Part shown: piece after piece, positions 46,480-59,402 of the stretch
How the letters are laid out: each line of letters begins with the position of its first letter
Position numbering within the stretch: position 1 is the stretch's first letter
Assembly: GCF_009914755.1 (NCBI RefSeq)
Contig: NC_060942.1
Direction: 5' to 3' (one strand)
DNA length: 64,000 nucleotides
DNA from: the human T2T-CHM13v2.0 reference genome, Homo sapiens
Position numbers and translations under genes: made by a program
Notes under the pieces: generated by a model
What the model saw: the letters and a program-made list of their open reading frames with translations, nothing else
Told to the model about the DNA's origin: nothing
Databases searched by the model: none

Positions 46480-48000
46480 TGGCACAAATTCACTTTTAAC
46501 ATCATTTTATGTGCATCTTTCACATGTTATATTGTCTGGGAGGTCTGCACATTACCAAACCCACTGGAACAACCTGAGTTTGGTATATATGATACTTTAT
46601 TTCTCTCATTATGTATATCAGTGTCTGATTATATTGTGTAATCTTTTTAATAAATGGGATCATGCCATACATATAATGCTGTATCTACTTCTTTCACAAT
46701 GCAATAGGTTACTATTTGTTTTTGAAGTCAATACATTTAGTTCTCTTTCATTTTTATACAGTCTGCTTACTACGCCATTATGCAGAGATATTACAAATTA
46801 TTTATTAGAGTTAATAAAATATCTATTCCACATTTAGAAAAATCTAAATTGTTCTTTAGTATGAAATCCCTGCAATGGATTTTTTATATATGTTAGTACA
46901 TTATCTAATTGTTATTTAGCATATATGTTTAAATAGTTTATCTTTATTGTCAGATTCCTCTTCAAAATAAGTTGTATAATTTTCTAGTTAACAACTTATT
47001 AGAGTACTTTTTTTTCCTGTAGGCTCTTTCAGTATATTTAAAAGTTACAAATGTTATCCTGAAACACAGCTGATTTTTTTTTTACATTTATGTCATTAAG
47101 GATATAATGCATATTTTACAAATTTATTTTCCTATTTCTTTTTTACTGTTATTTCATTACCTTTGACTTTTAAAAGTTTTATTAATTTTGAAAAACCCTG
47201 TGTATATTATTTTTATGTCACACAAAAGTTATAAAATTAATAATCAGTAAGAATTTAAAATAACGATTAATCCTGTATTCCTCAGCTGATTTCAATTCCA
47301 CATTCAACACATTATTTTACTGTTTGAAAGTGTAATATTCGTTTCATGAAACTTATTTTTTATAAAGAAATAAACTCTAAGTTGTGTGTATGCTTACTGT
47401 CATTTTAGAATAGATATTCAATTCATTATAAGCCATTAATTAATAAGGCTTTTTTTTTTTTTCTGACCTCATCTTCCTCTGTAGCCCAGGCTGGAGTGCA
47501 GTAGCATGGTCATATCTAACTGCAGGCTTGATTTCTTGGGCTCAAGCAATCCTCCCACTTCAGCCTCCTGAGTAACTTGTGGGAACATAGGCACATGCCA
47601 CACCACACCCCTGGCTAATTTTTTAAACAGTTTTAGAGATGAGGTCTTACTATGTTACACAAGCTGGCCTCAAACTTCTGGACACAAGCTATTCTCTCAC
47701 CTTGCCCTTCCAAAGTGCTGGGATTACAAACATGAACCACCACGCCAGGCCCAACTCTGACATTTCTTCACCTTAAAAAAAATTCACCATAGAGTTATAT
47801 TGCATGGATCTGTTTCTGGATTCTATTCTTTCTATAAGTCAGTATAAGATTAATTCTGGCATGGCAAGTCAACCTTCATCATCCGTTTTCACAGTTCATT
47901 TCACAATTACCTACATTTATTCTCACAAACAAATTTGAATATATACACATTTAATTGTTTTGTATTTGGACACATTACTCAATTCTTATTTTTAGTCATT
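46480..48000 (-). mobile_element. Degraded L1ME-like 3' region
   Basis: T-rich antisense L1 motifs (AATGGGATCATGCCATAC; GGATCTGTTTCTGGATTCTATTC); boundaries approximate. Confidence 0.5.
47450..47751 (-). mobile_element. AluJ
   Basis: GGGCTCAAGCAATCCTCCCAC; GGTCTTACTATGTT. Confidence 0.88.
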
Positions 48001-48240
48001 TTTCAGTTCATTGTTTTTGAAAGTACTATTTTTATAATCATATCAAAACCAACTTTAAATTTTCTTTAAAAACACAAGTTTGAGAAAATTAGGTACCTGG
48101 GAATCTTAAGAAAAATGTCAGTCATGTCACAGTGTGGGTTGCTAGTATGTCAGTTTCTACTTTGTGTTATGTGATCATCATTTCAAAACGCTTACCTGCA
48201 AATAAAGCTTAGTAGGTACACCACTAAATTACGCTCCAGT

Positions 48241-48403
48241 TAGAGTTGCCAGATTTAGCAAATAAAAGTAAAGGTTCGTGTCCAGATAAATTTGAATTTC
48301 AAATTATCATCAACAGGTTTTTTTTTTTTAGAATAACTGTGTCCCAAGTATTAAATTGAAATTCAAATTTAACTGGAGTCTCATATTTCAACTGGCAACA
48401 CTA
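48241..48403. mobile_element. MER53 palindromic MITE, internally deleted
   Basis: TAGAGTTGCCAGATTTAGCAAATAAAA ... AAATTTGAATTTC / GAAATTCAAATTTAACTGG ... CTGGCAACACTA. Confidence 0.85.
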
Positions 48404-48529
48404 ACACCAATACAAGTGTCATTCAATTTGAAAAACTGTCTTTAATTTTAAATTTGTAAGTTTATCAGTCCTAATGTTTGCATGTATTTAAAAAACAGTT
48501 TAATAATTTAATTGGTCATTAAAAAATAT

Positions 48530-48705
48530 CTAGCAGAGAATAATTGGATTCTCTGTAACTCAAAGGATAAATGCTCTAGGGAATGGGTACCCCATTTTAT
48601 AAGATGTCATTATTACACATTGCGTGTGTGTGTCAAAACAGCTCATGTACCCCATAAATATATACGCCCTCTATGTACTCACAAAAACTAAAATTAAAAA
48701 TTAAA
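48530..48705 (+). mobile_element. L1MA (L1MA1-3-like) 3' end
   Basis: AAAGGATAAATGCT...TCATGTACCCCATAAATATATAC...TATGTACTCACAAAAA. Confidence 0.75.
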
Positions 48706-49026
<321 letters not shown>

Positions 49027-51216
49027 TTAAAAATTTTAAAAAGTTTACTTAAGTGATTGATTTTCCAAAAAAGAATTTTTTCTTTAAAACATGAAATTGG
49101 TGATTGCTAATATTTTTATCACAATAAAATTTGAAAACCTTATGTGTCACAAGATTCTTAGTTAATACAAATCCAACTATAGGGAATCTCTGATCTGTGG
49201 CATGCCACTCCACTCCAAATACAGGGTAAAGAAAAGTAACAATGTTCTCCTGCTGCTGAAAGTTTGTTCTGAAAAGCTTGGAGGTTAGGTACCACAGATG
49301 AATCCTAGAAGGCCCAGAACAAAACGCTCCCACCTCACTGAAGAGCTGGTATGCTGAACATTTTATCGGGATCCAAAGAGTTGATGTATTCCAACAATGC
49401 CATCTTCAGGCCAGACCACACTTAGGAAATCCCAAAATTAACAGTTTATTTTATTTTTAAAAACTTCACCTTATGAAAATGAAAAGAAAATGAGGGGAAA
49501 GGAATTTCTGAAGGAGAAGATACTAGATTTCAGAATGTTGACCATTTTGAGAAGCAAGTTTAATCTTGGAACTGTTAATTTTATTTACTTGTATTATCTG
49601 TATGATGTTACAGATACAAAGCACAAACAAATAGTGTGCATTCTTCTTCCTTCTTTTATATCCCTCTTTACCTTGCACATTTTTATACACTGTCATTTCA
49701 CCATTTTTAATTTCCTGTTCCATTTTTTACTAATATTCAACACATTTTGTTTTCTTCTATTTCTGTGCTTTTCTGTGCTCCTTGTTAAATTCCCAAAAAA
49801 TGTGCAATGGTAAGCATTTTTCCTAACCATTAATGTTTTTTCACAAACTATGACAGCAAAGAAAGAATGTAGGTGTTCCATGAAATAGCTGAGAGAAAAT
49901 GAAACCAACATGAATATCTCTCATTTAAGCCACATGGAGTTTAGCAGCTGCCAAGGGTAAAGAATGGTTTAAGTCATTTCCTATAAGCTCTTCACACAAA
50001 AGAACAGGAATAAATTGGATTGAATCTATTTGACTCAGCACTATCTTGTGACTTTATGATCTGTTGCAGTTTTCAACTGAACTATCTGCTTACCAGTGTT
50101 CAACTCCATTTGATCTTTGGGAGGTAAGAGACCTGGGGATAACTGTTAGATTGTGAACCTTGGATCAAAGCCACTCTAGACTATAATGAGCATATAGTAG
50201 ATATGTATTTGGACATGCATGTGTCCAAAGGTTCAGTATGTAATGAAACTATCCGTATTCTATCTTCTATTGCTATATTTATAGGAGATGTCGACAGTCT
50301 CAATTATACCACATCATCATCTAATTTCACGCCACAAAAGCATGTTAATAATTTGTCTGTACAACTTAATGAGGAATTTTTTTTTTCTTAACCATGGTAG
50401 TTGACTTATCCTTCAGCCTCCTACTTTTGGGGATAGAATTACAGTTTCATAAAAGAACTCAGGAGTACACTTGCTGCTTAGTTAAAATCAAATATAGTGT
50501 ACTGGTGTTATTAGAAGTGATTAGTTTAATTGTTTGAATGATAAAAATAATATTAAACACCATTCTTAATGCAATGTTTATATGAAAAACATTTTAGAGA
50601 TGTGCTCAAATATTATTGCTTGTGATGTAACCATATGTTCTCCCTTATATTAAAAGGTTTACCAAACAACTAGCATTTCTTCTGAGCATAACAGGATGCC
50701 AAGAACCTCATTTAGCCAAAAGACTTCTTTAAGTGCTTTATAGAATCTCTCTACTGCATTGTTTTGAACTTATTTATATTATATACAAGCACTGAATAGG
50801 CTAAAATCACTGCTACTGGAAAAAATACACACACAGGGATAAATGGATAGATACAAGAATATACATGTTTTAAAATTCTTCTGAAGTTATCTTAAACTCT
50901 TTACTATTATTAAAATAATTTAATACAAATCTCTCATATTAATTTTTCCACATATAACATTGCGTACTCTTTCCAAGAAGAACAGAGGTAAAAGAAGAAA
51001 ATGTTCTGAATTTGCTTTCCAACATATTAATTTAAGGACATACATATTCCTTGGAAAACCATTTTTTTCAAAGCTCACAGGTTTTCATTTGTAGTGCTTG
51101 TTCTGTTTTCCACTCTCTCTATATTTTTATTTTAATGTCAGCTTCCTCTTGGATTAAGAGTTATATATTCAGTAGGAATTGTATATTAAAATAGTCACCA
51201 GGAGAGAGGTTTCATC

Positions 51217-51520
51217 TTTTTTTTTTTTTTTTTGAGGTGGAGTTTCACTCTTGCCCAGGCTGCAGTGCAATGGTGCAATCTCAGCTCACCACAATCTCCA
51301 CCTCCCGAGTTCAAGCGATTCTCCTGACTCAGCTCCTGATTCTCCCAAGTAGCTGGGATTACAGGCATGAGCCACCATGCCCAGCTAATTTTGTATTTTT
51401 AGTAGAGACGGGGTTTCTCCATGTTGGTCAGGCTGGTCTCGAACTCCTGACCTCAGGTTATCCGCCCGCCTCCGCCTCCCAAAGTGCTGGGATTACAGGT
51501 ATGAGCCACCGCGCCTGGCC
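51217..51520 (-). mobile_element. AluSp/Sq-like
   Basis: GAGTTTCACTCTTG; GTTTCTCCATGTTGGTCAGG. Confidence 0.92.
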
Positions 51521-51829
51521 TCTTTTAAAGTGCTGTATAAATCAATATATACATTATTATTCAACTTCCCATGTTAGTACAATAATATCCACAGAATTTT
51601 TTGAATGTATAGGTATTTTCATTCTGAACAATATTAAAATGTATATTTTTGAATGTTCAATGATTCTTTCAATGGAATATGTAATTTCTGTTGGCCAAAA
51701 TGATTTAATAATGCCTATTAGCTCCTTCATATGTATATATTGAATATTCCATACTCAATAGTGAGTAACCAACTTTATTTTCTATTTCTCTCTCAAACAA
51801 TACTGAGACCAGGCATAATTTTATGTTCA

Positions 51830-52207
51830 TATGTTTAAGTCCAGGGATTAAAGTATAACAGTCTTGCTCTACGAACTACTTCCTAGAAGATAAGACTCTG
51901 ATTGAACTAGAACCCCTTGCTTAATTAAGATTTACTTTAAAGACTTGCCTCAATCTAAAAATAATATGTTATAAACAGTGTCCAATCCCAGTTAATCCCT
52001 TGGTTTGCAAGACCTACCTTAAAATCACCCACCATAGGCTCTTAAACTATAAAATAACCTTTCCATAATTTCCACATTTGGAGATACTAGAAGACTCTAT
52101 GAAGGTAGTTTTCTTCCATAGTGTGGTAAATCTAATAAACTTACCTTTTCTCATTAACATGATTTTTTTTTTTAATTTTTACTTTGGTTGTCCTTTGGAT
52201 ATCAACA
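51830..52207 (+). mobile_element. ERV1 LTR, MER67-like
   Basis: GAGATACTAGAAGACTCTATGAAGGTAG...TCTAATAAACTTA...TCAACA 3' end; 5' boundary uncertain. Confidence 0.55.
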
Positions 52208-52479
52208 GCCCACAGCAGAACAATGCCTTAATCTCATATATGGCTGTTTTATTTAATGTTCTTCCTATACATTCTCTTATCTTCTATTATTCTAATCATA
52301 CTATGCATGCTGTTTTAGCAATACCTGGTGTATGTATGTATGGTTACATAGAGAGACATACATATGATTTATCACCCCTGTATGTGCATTCTTTCTGTCA
52401 TAAAACCATTTCTGGTTTTCACTTTTCAATTATAAATATAAAAATTTTGTATTTGAAGTTTTTATTTATATGGATCAAT

Positions 52480-53480
52480 TCTTGATATTATTTTACCATA
52501 ATATTTTCATCTTCATGTTTTTTGTTAGAATGTAATTTTTGGTAGAAAACTGGACATTTTAAATACTATATGATTGTGTATCTGGATTCATTTTTTTTCC
52601 TTCTTAATTATTGTTATTTTGCTGTGTGTTTGTTTGGTTGCTTGTTTACTTAGTAACATGCCTGGACAAAACCTATAAAATGTATGCTTATCTCGGCATA
52701 TGATTTTGTGTGCCTCAGTTAAATTTTTTTTTAAAAAATTCTTATTATTAATTTAAATCATGACCTCTTGAAGACCACTCTTGTGTCTGCATAGCTTTGT
52801 GGTCAGAAGCTGTACTCAGACATCTGAGCTGGTAATTCTTCTATCTTTGTGGCTGATGCATTTGAGTTTAGGGTAGCATATTCAAAGACCAAATGGTGTT
52901 CAGTTGTCTTAGCTTTTCCTTTCTGCTGTCCCCTCTCACTTTCCCTGCATGTGGGCACAGTCTCACAGTCAGTCTGGGCTGTGTCCCCAGACAACATGTT
53001 CTCCAGGCATGTGCATGCAGTTTTCAGCGGGACAGGTGTATGCAATGAGTTCATCACAGCACCAAGTAGCTGACTCATTCCCTGTCACCTCCTGATAAAT
53101 TTTTGTCCAGTCAGCTAAATTACTGCTTACTCAACCAAGGCTACTATAAACTCGAGTTCTTTGAATGACTGTTTATTTCTTTTCTTATTTATTTATTTGC
53201 ATGACCAAGATTTTTACTCCTATTGTCAATGCCTACTATGGGCAAGGGGTTTTCTACGCTATACTTTAAGTAAAGTAACACCCATCTGTTGGCAAAGCTG
53301 ATCATTTTTCATGGCCTGCCCTAACCTTGGAGAACTACCATGCTGACCAGGATTTAAGTGGGAAAAGTAGGGTAAAAGAGAGCCCTATGCAGAAACTCGA
53401 CAGATTCTTCATTTTTCGAACACAGCATGGTAGTCAGAATGTTATAATGGCCCATGGTTCTGGATTTCTGGTGTTCACAA
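52480..53480 (-). mobile_element. Old L1M 5' region
   Basis: TTGGTAGAAAACTGGACATTTT...TCTGGATTC motif typical of the antisense L1M 5'/ORF1 junction. Confidence 0.45.
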
Positions 53481-53502
53481 CATATGTGATTTCCTCATTT
53501 GA

Positions 53503-54100
53503 TGGTGGTCAGAACAAATTACTTGCTTCTAGATAACAGTATATGGTCAGATTGAAGAGATTGTGTAGATGTAATAAAGGTCCCAAATCAGTCATATTTG
53601 AGTTAATCAAAAGGGAGATTATCCTGAATGTGTCTGTCCTAATTAGGTGAACACTCTCAAAAGAGGGATTGGGCTACCCCTGAGGTCAAACACCCTTTGT
53701 AGTAGCTTAAGGAAGTCAGCAGCCCTGATGAAAAAGCTTAAATGGCAAAGAGCTATGGGTAGCCTCTAGGAATTTTCAACATTATCTAGGACCTGATTGA
53801 AGATTCCAGCTTACATCCAAGAAAAAAAAATAAAAATAAAAGATGCTGTCACAAACCACAAATAAAATGGTTTTTCCAACAACTTGAATCAACTTGGAAT
53901 TGGACTATTCTCCAAATAAGCCTTCAGATGAGAATGCAGCCTGGCCAGCACATTGCTGCAGCCTTGTCTGACATTGAGCACTGGAGCCTGCTAAGCTGGG
54001 CCTGGATGGCTGAGCCACAGAAATGGCAAGAGAATAAGGGCATTTTGTTTTCAGCTAATAAGCAGAATAATTTGTTACACAGTAATAAAAAAGCAGTTAC
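53503..54100 (+). mobile_element. MLT1E-like MaLR LTR
   Basis: TTTGAGTTAATCAAAAGGGAGATTATCCTG; GCCTTCAGATGAGAATGCAGCCTGGCC; TAATTTGTTACACAG. Confidence 0.75.
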
Positions 54101-55689
54101 TCACATTTAAGTGTTTTTCCTGAATAAATGCTTTTAAGTTTTCATATGCTCTTGGTCAATTTTAAGAACATTGATATAGTTGTTTTAAGAAAGAGGATTT
54201 GCTGAACGATTTACTCCACTGTATCAGAGTTCCCACCTGTAACTTCTTTTCAGTTCTTCTGACTCACAGTATTAGAGATGGGCCCACACTGTATTAATAG
54301 GTGAAATACAACCAAGTTTTCTTGCCTTCGTTTCTTGTTTATCTGAAGTTGTTGATTTTCACATGGAAACAATATGAAGTGTGATTTTTAAACAATGGAA
54401 TCAAACAGTAAAATTAGACTTTCATAGCACAGGTAATAGTTGCAAGTAAAATAAATTGAGATGGCATCAAGTTCAAGTACTCTTTCTCAAGTTTCCTGTG
54501 GATTACATGCCCATTGAATAAAATAGTAGATGAAAACTGACCCAGTTTTGAATGATGTTATCTCACCTGGCAGTCTCCTGAGTTTAGAGTCCCTCTTTTC
54601 CCAACATAGGAGAGTTAAATGTTTGCCTATACTATCTCATTTGCTACTATACTTCAGAAAGTGTTTTCCCTCAGGCTTCATTCCCCACAGCTGAGTAATT
54701 CCATTTAATCTCAAGTCACATATGAGTTGCCGAGAAACATGTCAGGGATCTTTCATTCTTGCTAATTTTAACCAATATTATACAGTTTGGTAGAAAATTT
54801 ATATGTCAGAATATTTGAAGTTTTGTACTTGTTACCCATCTCAGAATTTCTACTACTTATACTTAGAATGGCTTCATATTTCCCCAAATCTATAAAACTC
54901 ATTTCTTTAATAATCACCTCAAAGCCATTAATGGAATTTTAAAAGGCTTTTATTCTTTTAAATATCCAGGTTGATTTTGACATTTAAAAACAATCAACAA
55001 ACGTACATTTTTAGAAGTAGTTCCTGGATAACTAATATTGCTTGGTTTTCTGATTAAGAATTGTAGATTCCAGAGCCTCATCCAACAGAGTAAAATAATA
55101 AAATATGTGTACAGAGGCCACTGGCAATGAAAATATTTATAAACATCTTAAATTCAGTATATTTTAAAAGCAGTGGGAATAGCTTCTTATTCAGGAAAAA
55201 TAAATTTTAGTAAATTATGTCCCTCTAAATATTTGAAGAACCATCATATAACATTACTCACTTAGAAACTTTGTGGAATGGCAATTTTCTTTTTTAAAAA
55301 TTTAGACAATGAGAACTTACGGATATGTAGATGTCAACCTAAATGACAGAGAGTAAGGTTCTATAAAAAAATGATAGTTATTTAGGAATGGGCACTGCAA
55401 TGGGAATACATGTGCCATAGTAAATGCTGGGCCTATTCAGAGAGATAAAGGAAGGCAAAGGTTTCTGAGGAAAAATAAGGAGGGTTACATAAGTTTTGAG
55501 ACAATGAACCTTGGCTGCAAGGATCCATAATAAGGGTGGCATCTGTCCAAGCTGCACAAACAGCTGATGAGCGGATGTACTCACAAAAATGTGTGTGTGT
55601 GTGCGCACGTGTGTGTCCGTGTATGCAGGTATATATACTACCCTGCTGCATACTGTCTTGTTCAAAAGAAAACATAGTTAGAATACCAA

Positions 55690-55956
55690 TACAACCATTT
55701 TGCCTTTTATATTTATTACAGTATTTAATAAATTATATTATATATTCAATATTTTATTATGAAATAGGTTTTGTGTTAGATAATTTTGCCTAAGTGTTGG
55801 CTAATGTAAGTGCTCTGAGCACATTTACTAAGGTAGGCTAGGTTAAGCTGTGATATTTATAAGTTTTGTGTATCCAATGCATTTTCAACTTACGAAGTTT
55901 TCAACTTATGGTATGTTTATTAGGAGATAACCCTATTGTAACCCGAGGAATTTCTG
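55690..55956. mobile_element. Tigger5/MER47 fragment
   Basis: GGCTAATGTAAGTGCTCTGAGCAC...AAGGTAGGCTAGGTTAAGCT...CATTTTCAACTTACG...GAGGAATTTCTG+TA. Confidence 0.75.
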
Positions 55957-57119
55957 TACTTGGTTCTACTGTGATCTAATAGGTAGTTTGTTTTATACAG
56001 AAAATAAAATCATTCTTTTTTTCATGGTTGGAGGTAGGACATGAGTATACAATCTCTGAGGAAATAGGAAGAAAAAAATGTATGATTATTTCAAATAATG
56101 CAGGGAAGAAATTGTGATAAAATTCAATAGCAACTTTTAAATCAAAGCAGGTGTATATGGGAACCTCTTTATCTTGGTAAACATTAACTTCTAAATAAAG
56201 ATCACCTAAAACTATACCATCCTAAAAATTTTTAAGTGAGTAATTGTAGAGATTGTGGTTCATTTCTGAATAAACTTATAGATTCTTGGTCAATGTTGAT
56301 AGAAAAGTATAATTTTAAATCCAGCTAACTAAAAATATATTTTTTGTGTGTGTTGGCACAAGTATGTTATTTCCTAAAGGTAATCATGATGGGAGGTGAA
56401 CATTTTTTCAGCCTTTATGCCTATAATTCTTAGTAATTCATTTCTTGTCATTAGGTCTCATTTTTTTTGTATCTTCAAAAAAAGACAAAATGTATGTCCT
56501 ATGTTGCAAGTTTTAAATTCCATCTAAGGTGCATATATTACCACACTACCCTTGTTTCTATTTAATTTTATGGAAATATTTTTTAAATTATTATTCACTT
56601 TTTTCTGTTTCTATCTTCTATTATTCACATATACTTTTATCTGTATTTCTGTTTCTTAGCACAAATCTTAATAAAAAAATACTAAGTGGTCTCATGTGGA
56701 TTATTACTAAGAAGTTGTACCAAAAGCATGTTAAAAAGATTTTAAAGAAGTATGAGTTTACCTTCTGAGAATTTAGGTTTCAAATGAAGAGGGAGAAAAC
56801 AATGTGAATGGACAAGTGAAATATGATAGAGAGAAAGGTGACTAAAACAAATACACCAACACAAAATGCTTACTGGAAAGGGCAGGTTAGAGGAATGAAT
56901 AAAATGGTACCACAGAGATCCAACAGTAGCCTTATTATGATAAAATATCGGGAAATAGAATACAGAGGACATTTACATTGTCTAATATTTTGGAAAAGAA
57001 ATGGACTTTAAAATTCTAAAAACATATGTAGTAATTCAAGTGAAAGCCAAATTTAACAAGCATACTCTGATGATAAACAGTAGGTACAGATTATAAAGAA
57101 TAGGGCTAATGGGATTTAC

Positions 57120-57406
57120 AATGGTGCTACTGTTGAACTGTCCCCAGATTCATAACATGAATGGGATTAGTTATTTTATAAAATGGCAGAAGGAAAGTAG
57201 CCAGGCCCTTCTGTTCTTTGATCCCTTGTACCATGAAGGGGCACAGCATTCAAAGTAGCATCCTGGAAGCAGAGACCTGGCCTTCACTAGACGCTGAACC
57301 TTCTGGTGCCTTGATCTTAGACTCCTCAGCCTCTAGAACTTTGAGAAATAAATGTCTATTACTTATAAATTACCAATCTCAGGTATTTTGCTATGGCTGC
57401 ACAAAC
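57120..57406 (+). mobile_element. MST (MSTD-like) LTR fragment
   Basis: GGTGCCTTGATCTTAGACT...GAGAAATAAATG...ATAAATTACCAATCTCAGGTATTTTG. Confidence 0.7.
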
Positions 57407-57419
57407 CACCCAAGTAAAA

Positions 57420-57455
57420 AATGGCAAAACTGCAGTTAGTTTTGCACCAACCTAA
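57420..57455. mobile_element. Half MADE1 / solo Hsmar1 TIR
   Basis: AATGGCAAAACTGCAGTTAGTTTTGCACCAACCTAA followed by TA. Confidence 0.8.
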
Positions 57456-57499
57456 TAGTTTTAATTTTTCTATGAACAGAAAAAACATTTCTTCAGTTA

Positions 57500-58750
57500 G
57501 AGTTTTAAAGTTTTCCAGAGTCAATGCTGAGCCCTCTATTCTTTTCTACTCTTTCCCTTCAGGGGATTTTCTTTTCTTGTGAGATAGAGTCTCGCTCTCT
57601 CGCCCAGGCTGGACAGTAGTGGTGCAATCTCGGCTCAAGGCAACCTCCACCTCCTGGGTTCAAGGGATACTCATGCCACAGCCTCCCAAGTAGCTGGGAT
57701 TAAAGGTGTTAGCCACCATGCTTGTCTCTCTTTTATTTTCAGTCACTATCCCCATACCCATGGCTCTAAAACTCACATTCCCAACTCAACATTCCTTCCA
57801 CAGTCTAGACTTTCACACCTGGCTTCTCTTTAATATATTTGCTTGGATATGACAGCACACGTTTCTCAGTGGTTAAGTTTGAAGTTTTCATCTGTTTGTC
57901 CCAACTCAATGAGGTCTGTATTTAACAAGTTACTGAAATCTGTATATTGGCTACCATTGTCATTTCTTTTAAATTCTTTATCCTAGCTTTCATTTCATGA
58001 CTGTATTCTTCTCACATTTTCTTCAGTATTCCTCTAAAATTAATTTACTTTTCTGACTATTTTCAGTATACTGGCTTAAACCATCGTAATTATACAAATA
58101 TCTGTCAGAATGGTTTTTCTCCTTCTACAATAGAGCTTCAGGTAATTTTTAGCAGAGTAGTCATTTATATCTTTTTCAAATGAACGTAAAATTTTGTCAT
58201 TTTTTTCTACTTAGAAGGTTGTTAGTGGTTTTCCAACATCTTTGGGTAAAATGCTGACTCAGAAATAGGATTGTTAAGACCCTGTCTTGGTCAGACTCCC
58301 GCCTACCATTCTGTGGTCAAAAATTCAGCCATTCCGGTAAATATACCACTGACATTTGCTTTCTTAGCTACTTAAACTCTCCAAGCATTATCTCACCTCA
58401 GAGCTTTTACATTTGCCATTCTGTCTGCCTTGAAGATTGAACCTATTCTCTGTCTACATCTAATTGCTTTCCTTCAGGTTTCAGATGAAAGGTCACATAC
58501 TCAAAGATTACACTAATGCCTCAATCCAAATGAAGTCTTCCCTATAATTTTTTTTCAAGGTGATCTGCATTTCTTTTGAAATTTATATAATAAACTGTAA
58601 TGTTAATTTACTTAAGGTCTGTTTATTCTTCTTAACAAGATTGGAAACTTCGTAAGGGCAGCCAATATTTTGACTGTTTCATTCACCAGTGTATTCTTGA
58701 AATCTAGAAAAAATGTCTAGCAAATAGCAGGTAGTAACTAACTTTTTTAT
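57500..58750 (+). mobile_element. Degraded L2 3' portion
   Basis: TCTCACCTCAGAGCTTTTACATTTGCCATTCTGTCTGCCT...TGTTTCATTCACCAGTGTATTC. Confidence 0.6.
57567..57725 (-). mobile_element. Alu right monomer only
   Basis: GAGATAGAGTCTCGCTCT...GCCACCATGC. Confidence 0.85.
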
Positions 58751-59309
58751 TAAGCCATCAAATGCTTCAAAATAAAAAAAATCTGACAACAATTATTACT
58801 GAACAGGACAGATTATCTATAATCATCAAAAAATGCTTATGGAGACCTAGAAAAAATTTAACCTAAGAGACTAAAACTCTGTTGAAATTTGGAAAAACAA
58901 AAAAACAAAGAAAATCACCCCTGATTTCTTTGCTATATAAAAAATGAAGGAGAGAACCATCTAAGTATTTTCCTCACCTCCTAATCAGTGATTCTTGTAC
59001 TACTCTAGTCATTAATAAAGATATGTGGGAGGTATGTGTGTGGAGTGTATGAAACAGGAGAAGAGCAAGGGAAAATTAGCATTAGAAATAGATATAGATA
59101 CAGGAAAAATAGCATAGCCTTAAGTCACTGAAAGAACTCATGTAAATTAATTAACGCCTACATTTCTTTGAGTAATACAGGGCACCTTCTATACATTCCC
59201 TTTCCAGACCTATGAAGTTCTTACCAATCTTTGCCCACAAGCATTACTATGTAACTGAACATGCACTGGCAATAGGTTCATTTGCTCCAGCAATTGCGAG
59301 ACCTTCTCC

Positions 59310-59402
59310 ATGGGCCTGATTCTGCCACAACTGACATGCGCATAATTCCACCAGAAGCCAGTGGCAGTTTTGCATGATTAAAGATGGCAGAATCAGGCCT
59401 AT
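59310..59402. other. Inverted-repeat hairpin, possibly an ancient MITE
   Basis: GGCCTGATTCTGCCA (59313-27) is the exact reverse complement of TGGCAGAATCAGGCC (59385-99). Confidence 0.75.

Noticed and set aside
48241-48403. miR-1302-like precursor from MER53
   Set aside because: The partner arm of the central palindrome is deleted and the mature-like sequence is degenerate
51237-51743. 168-aa ORF, and similar ORFs at 31, 25575, 37035 and 48766
   Set aside because: Alu-derived reading frames with no evidence of a gene
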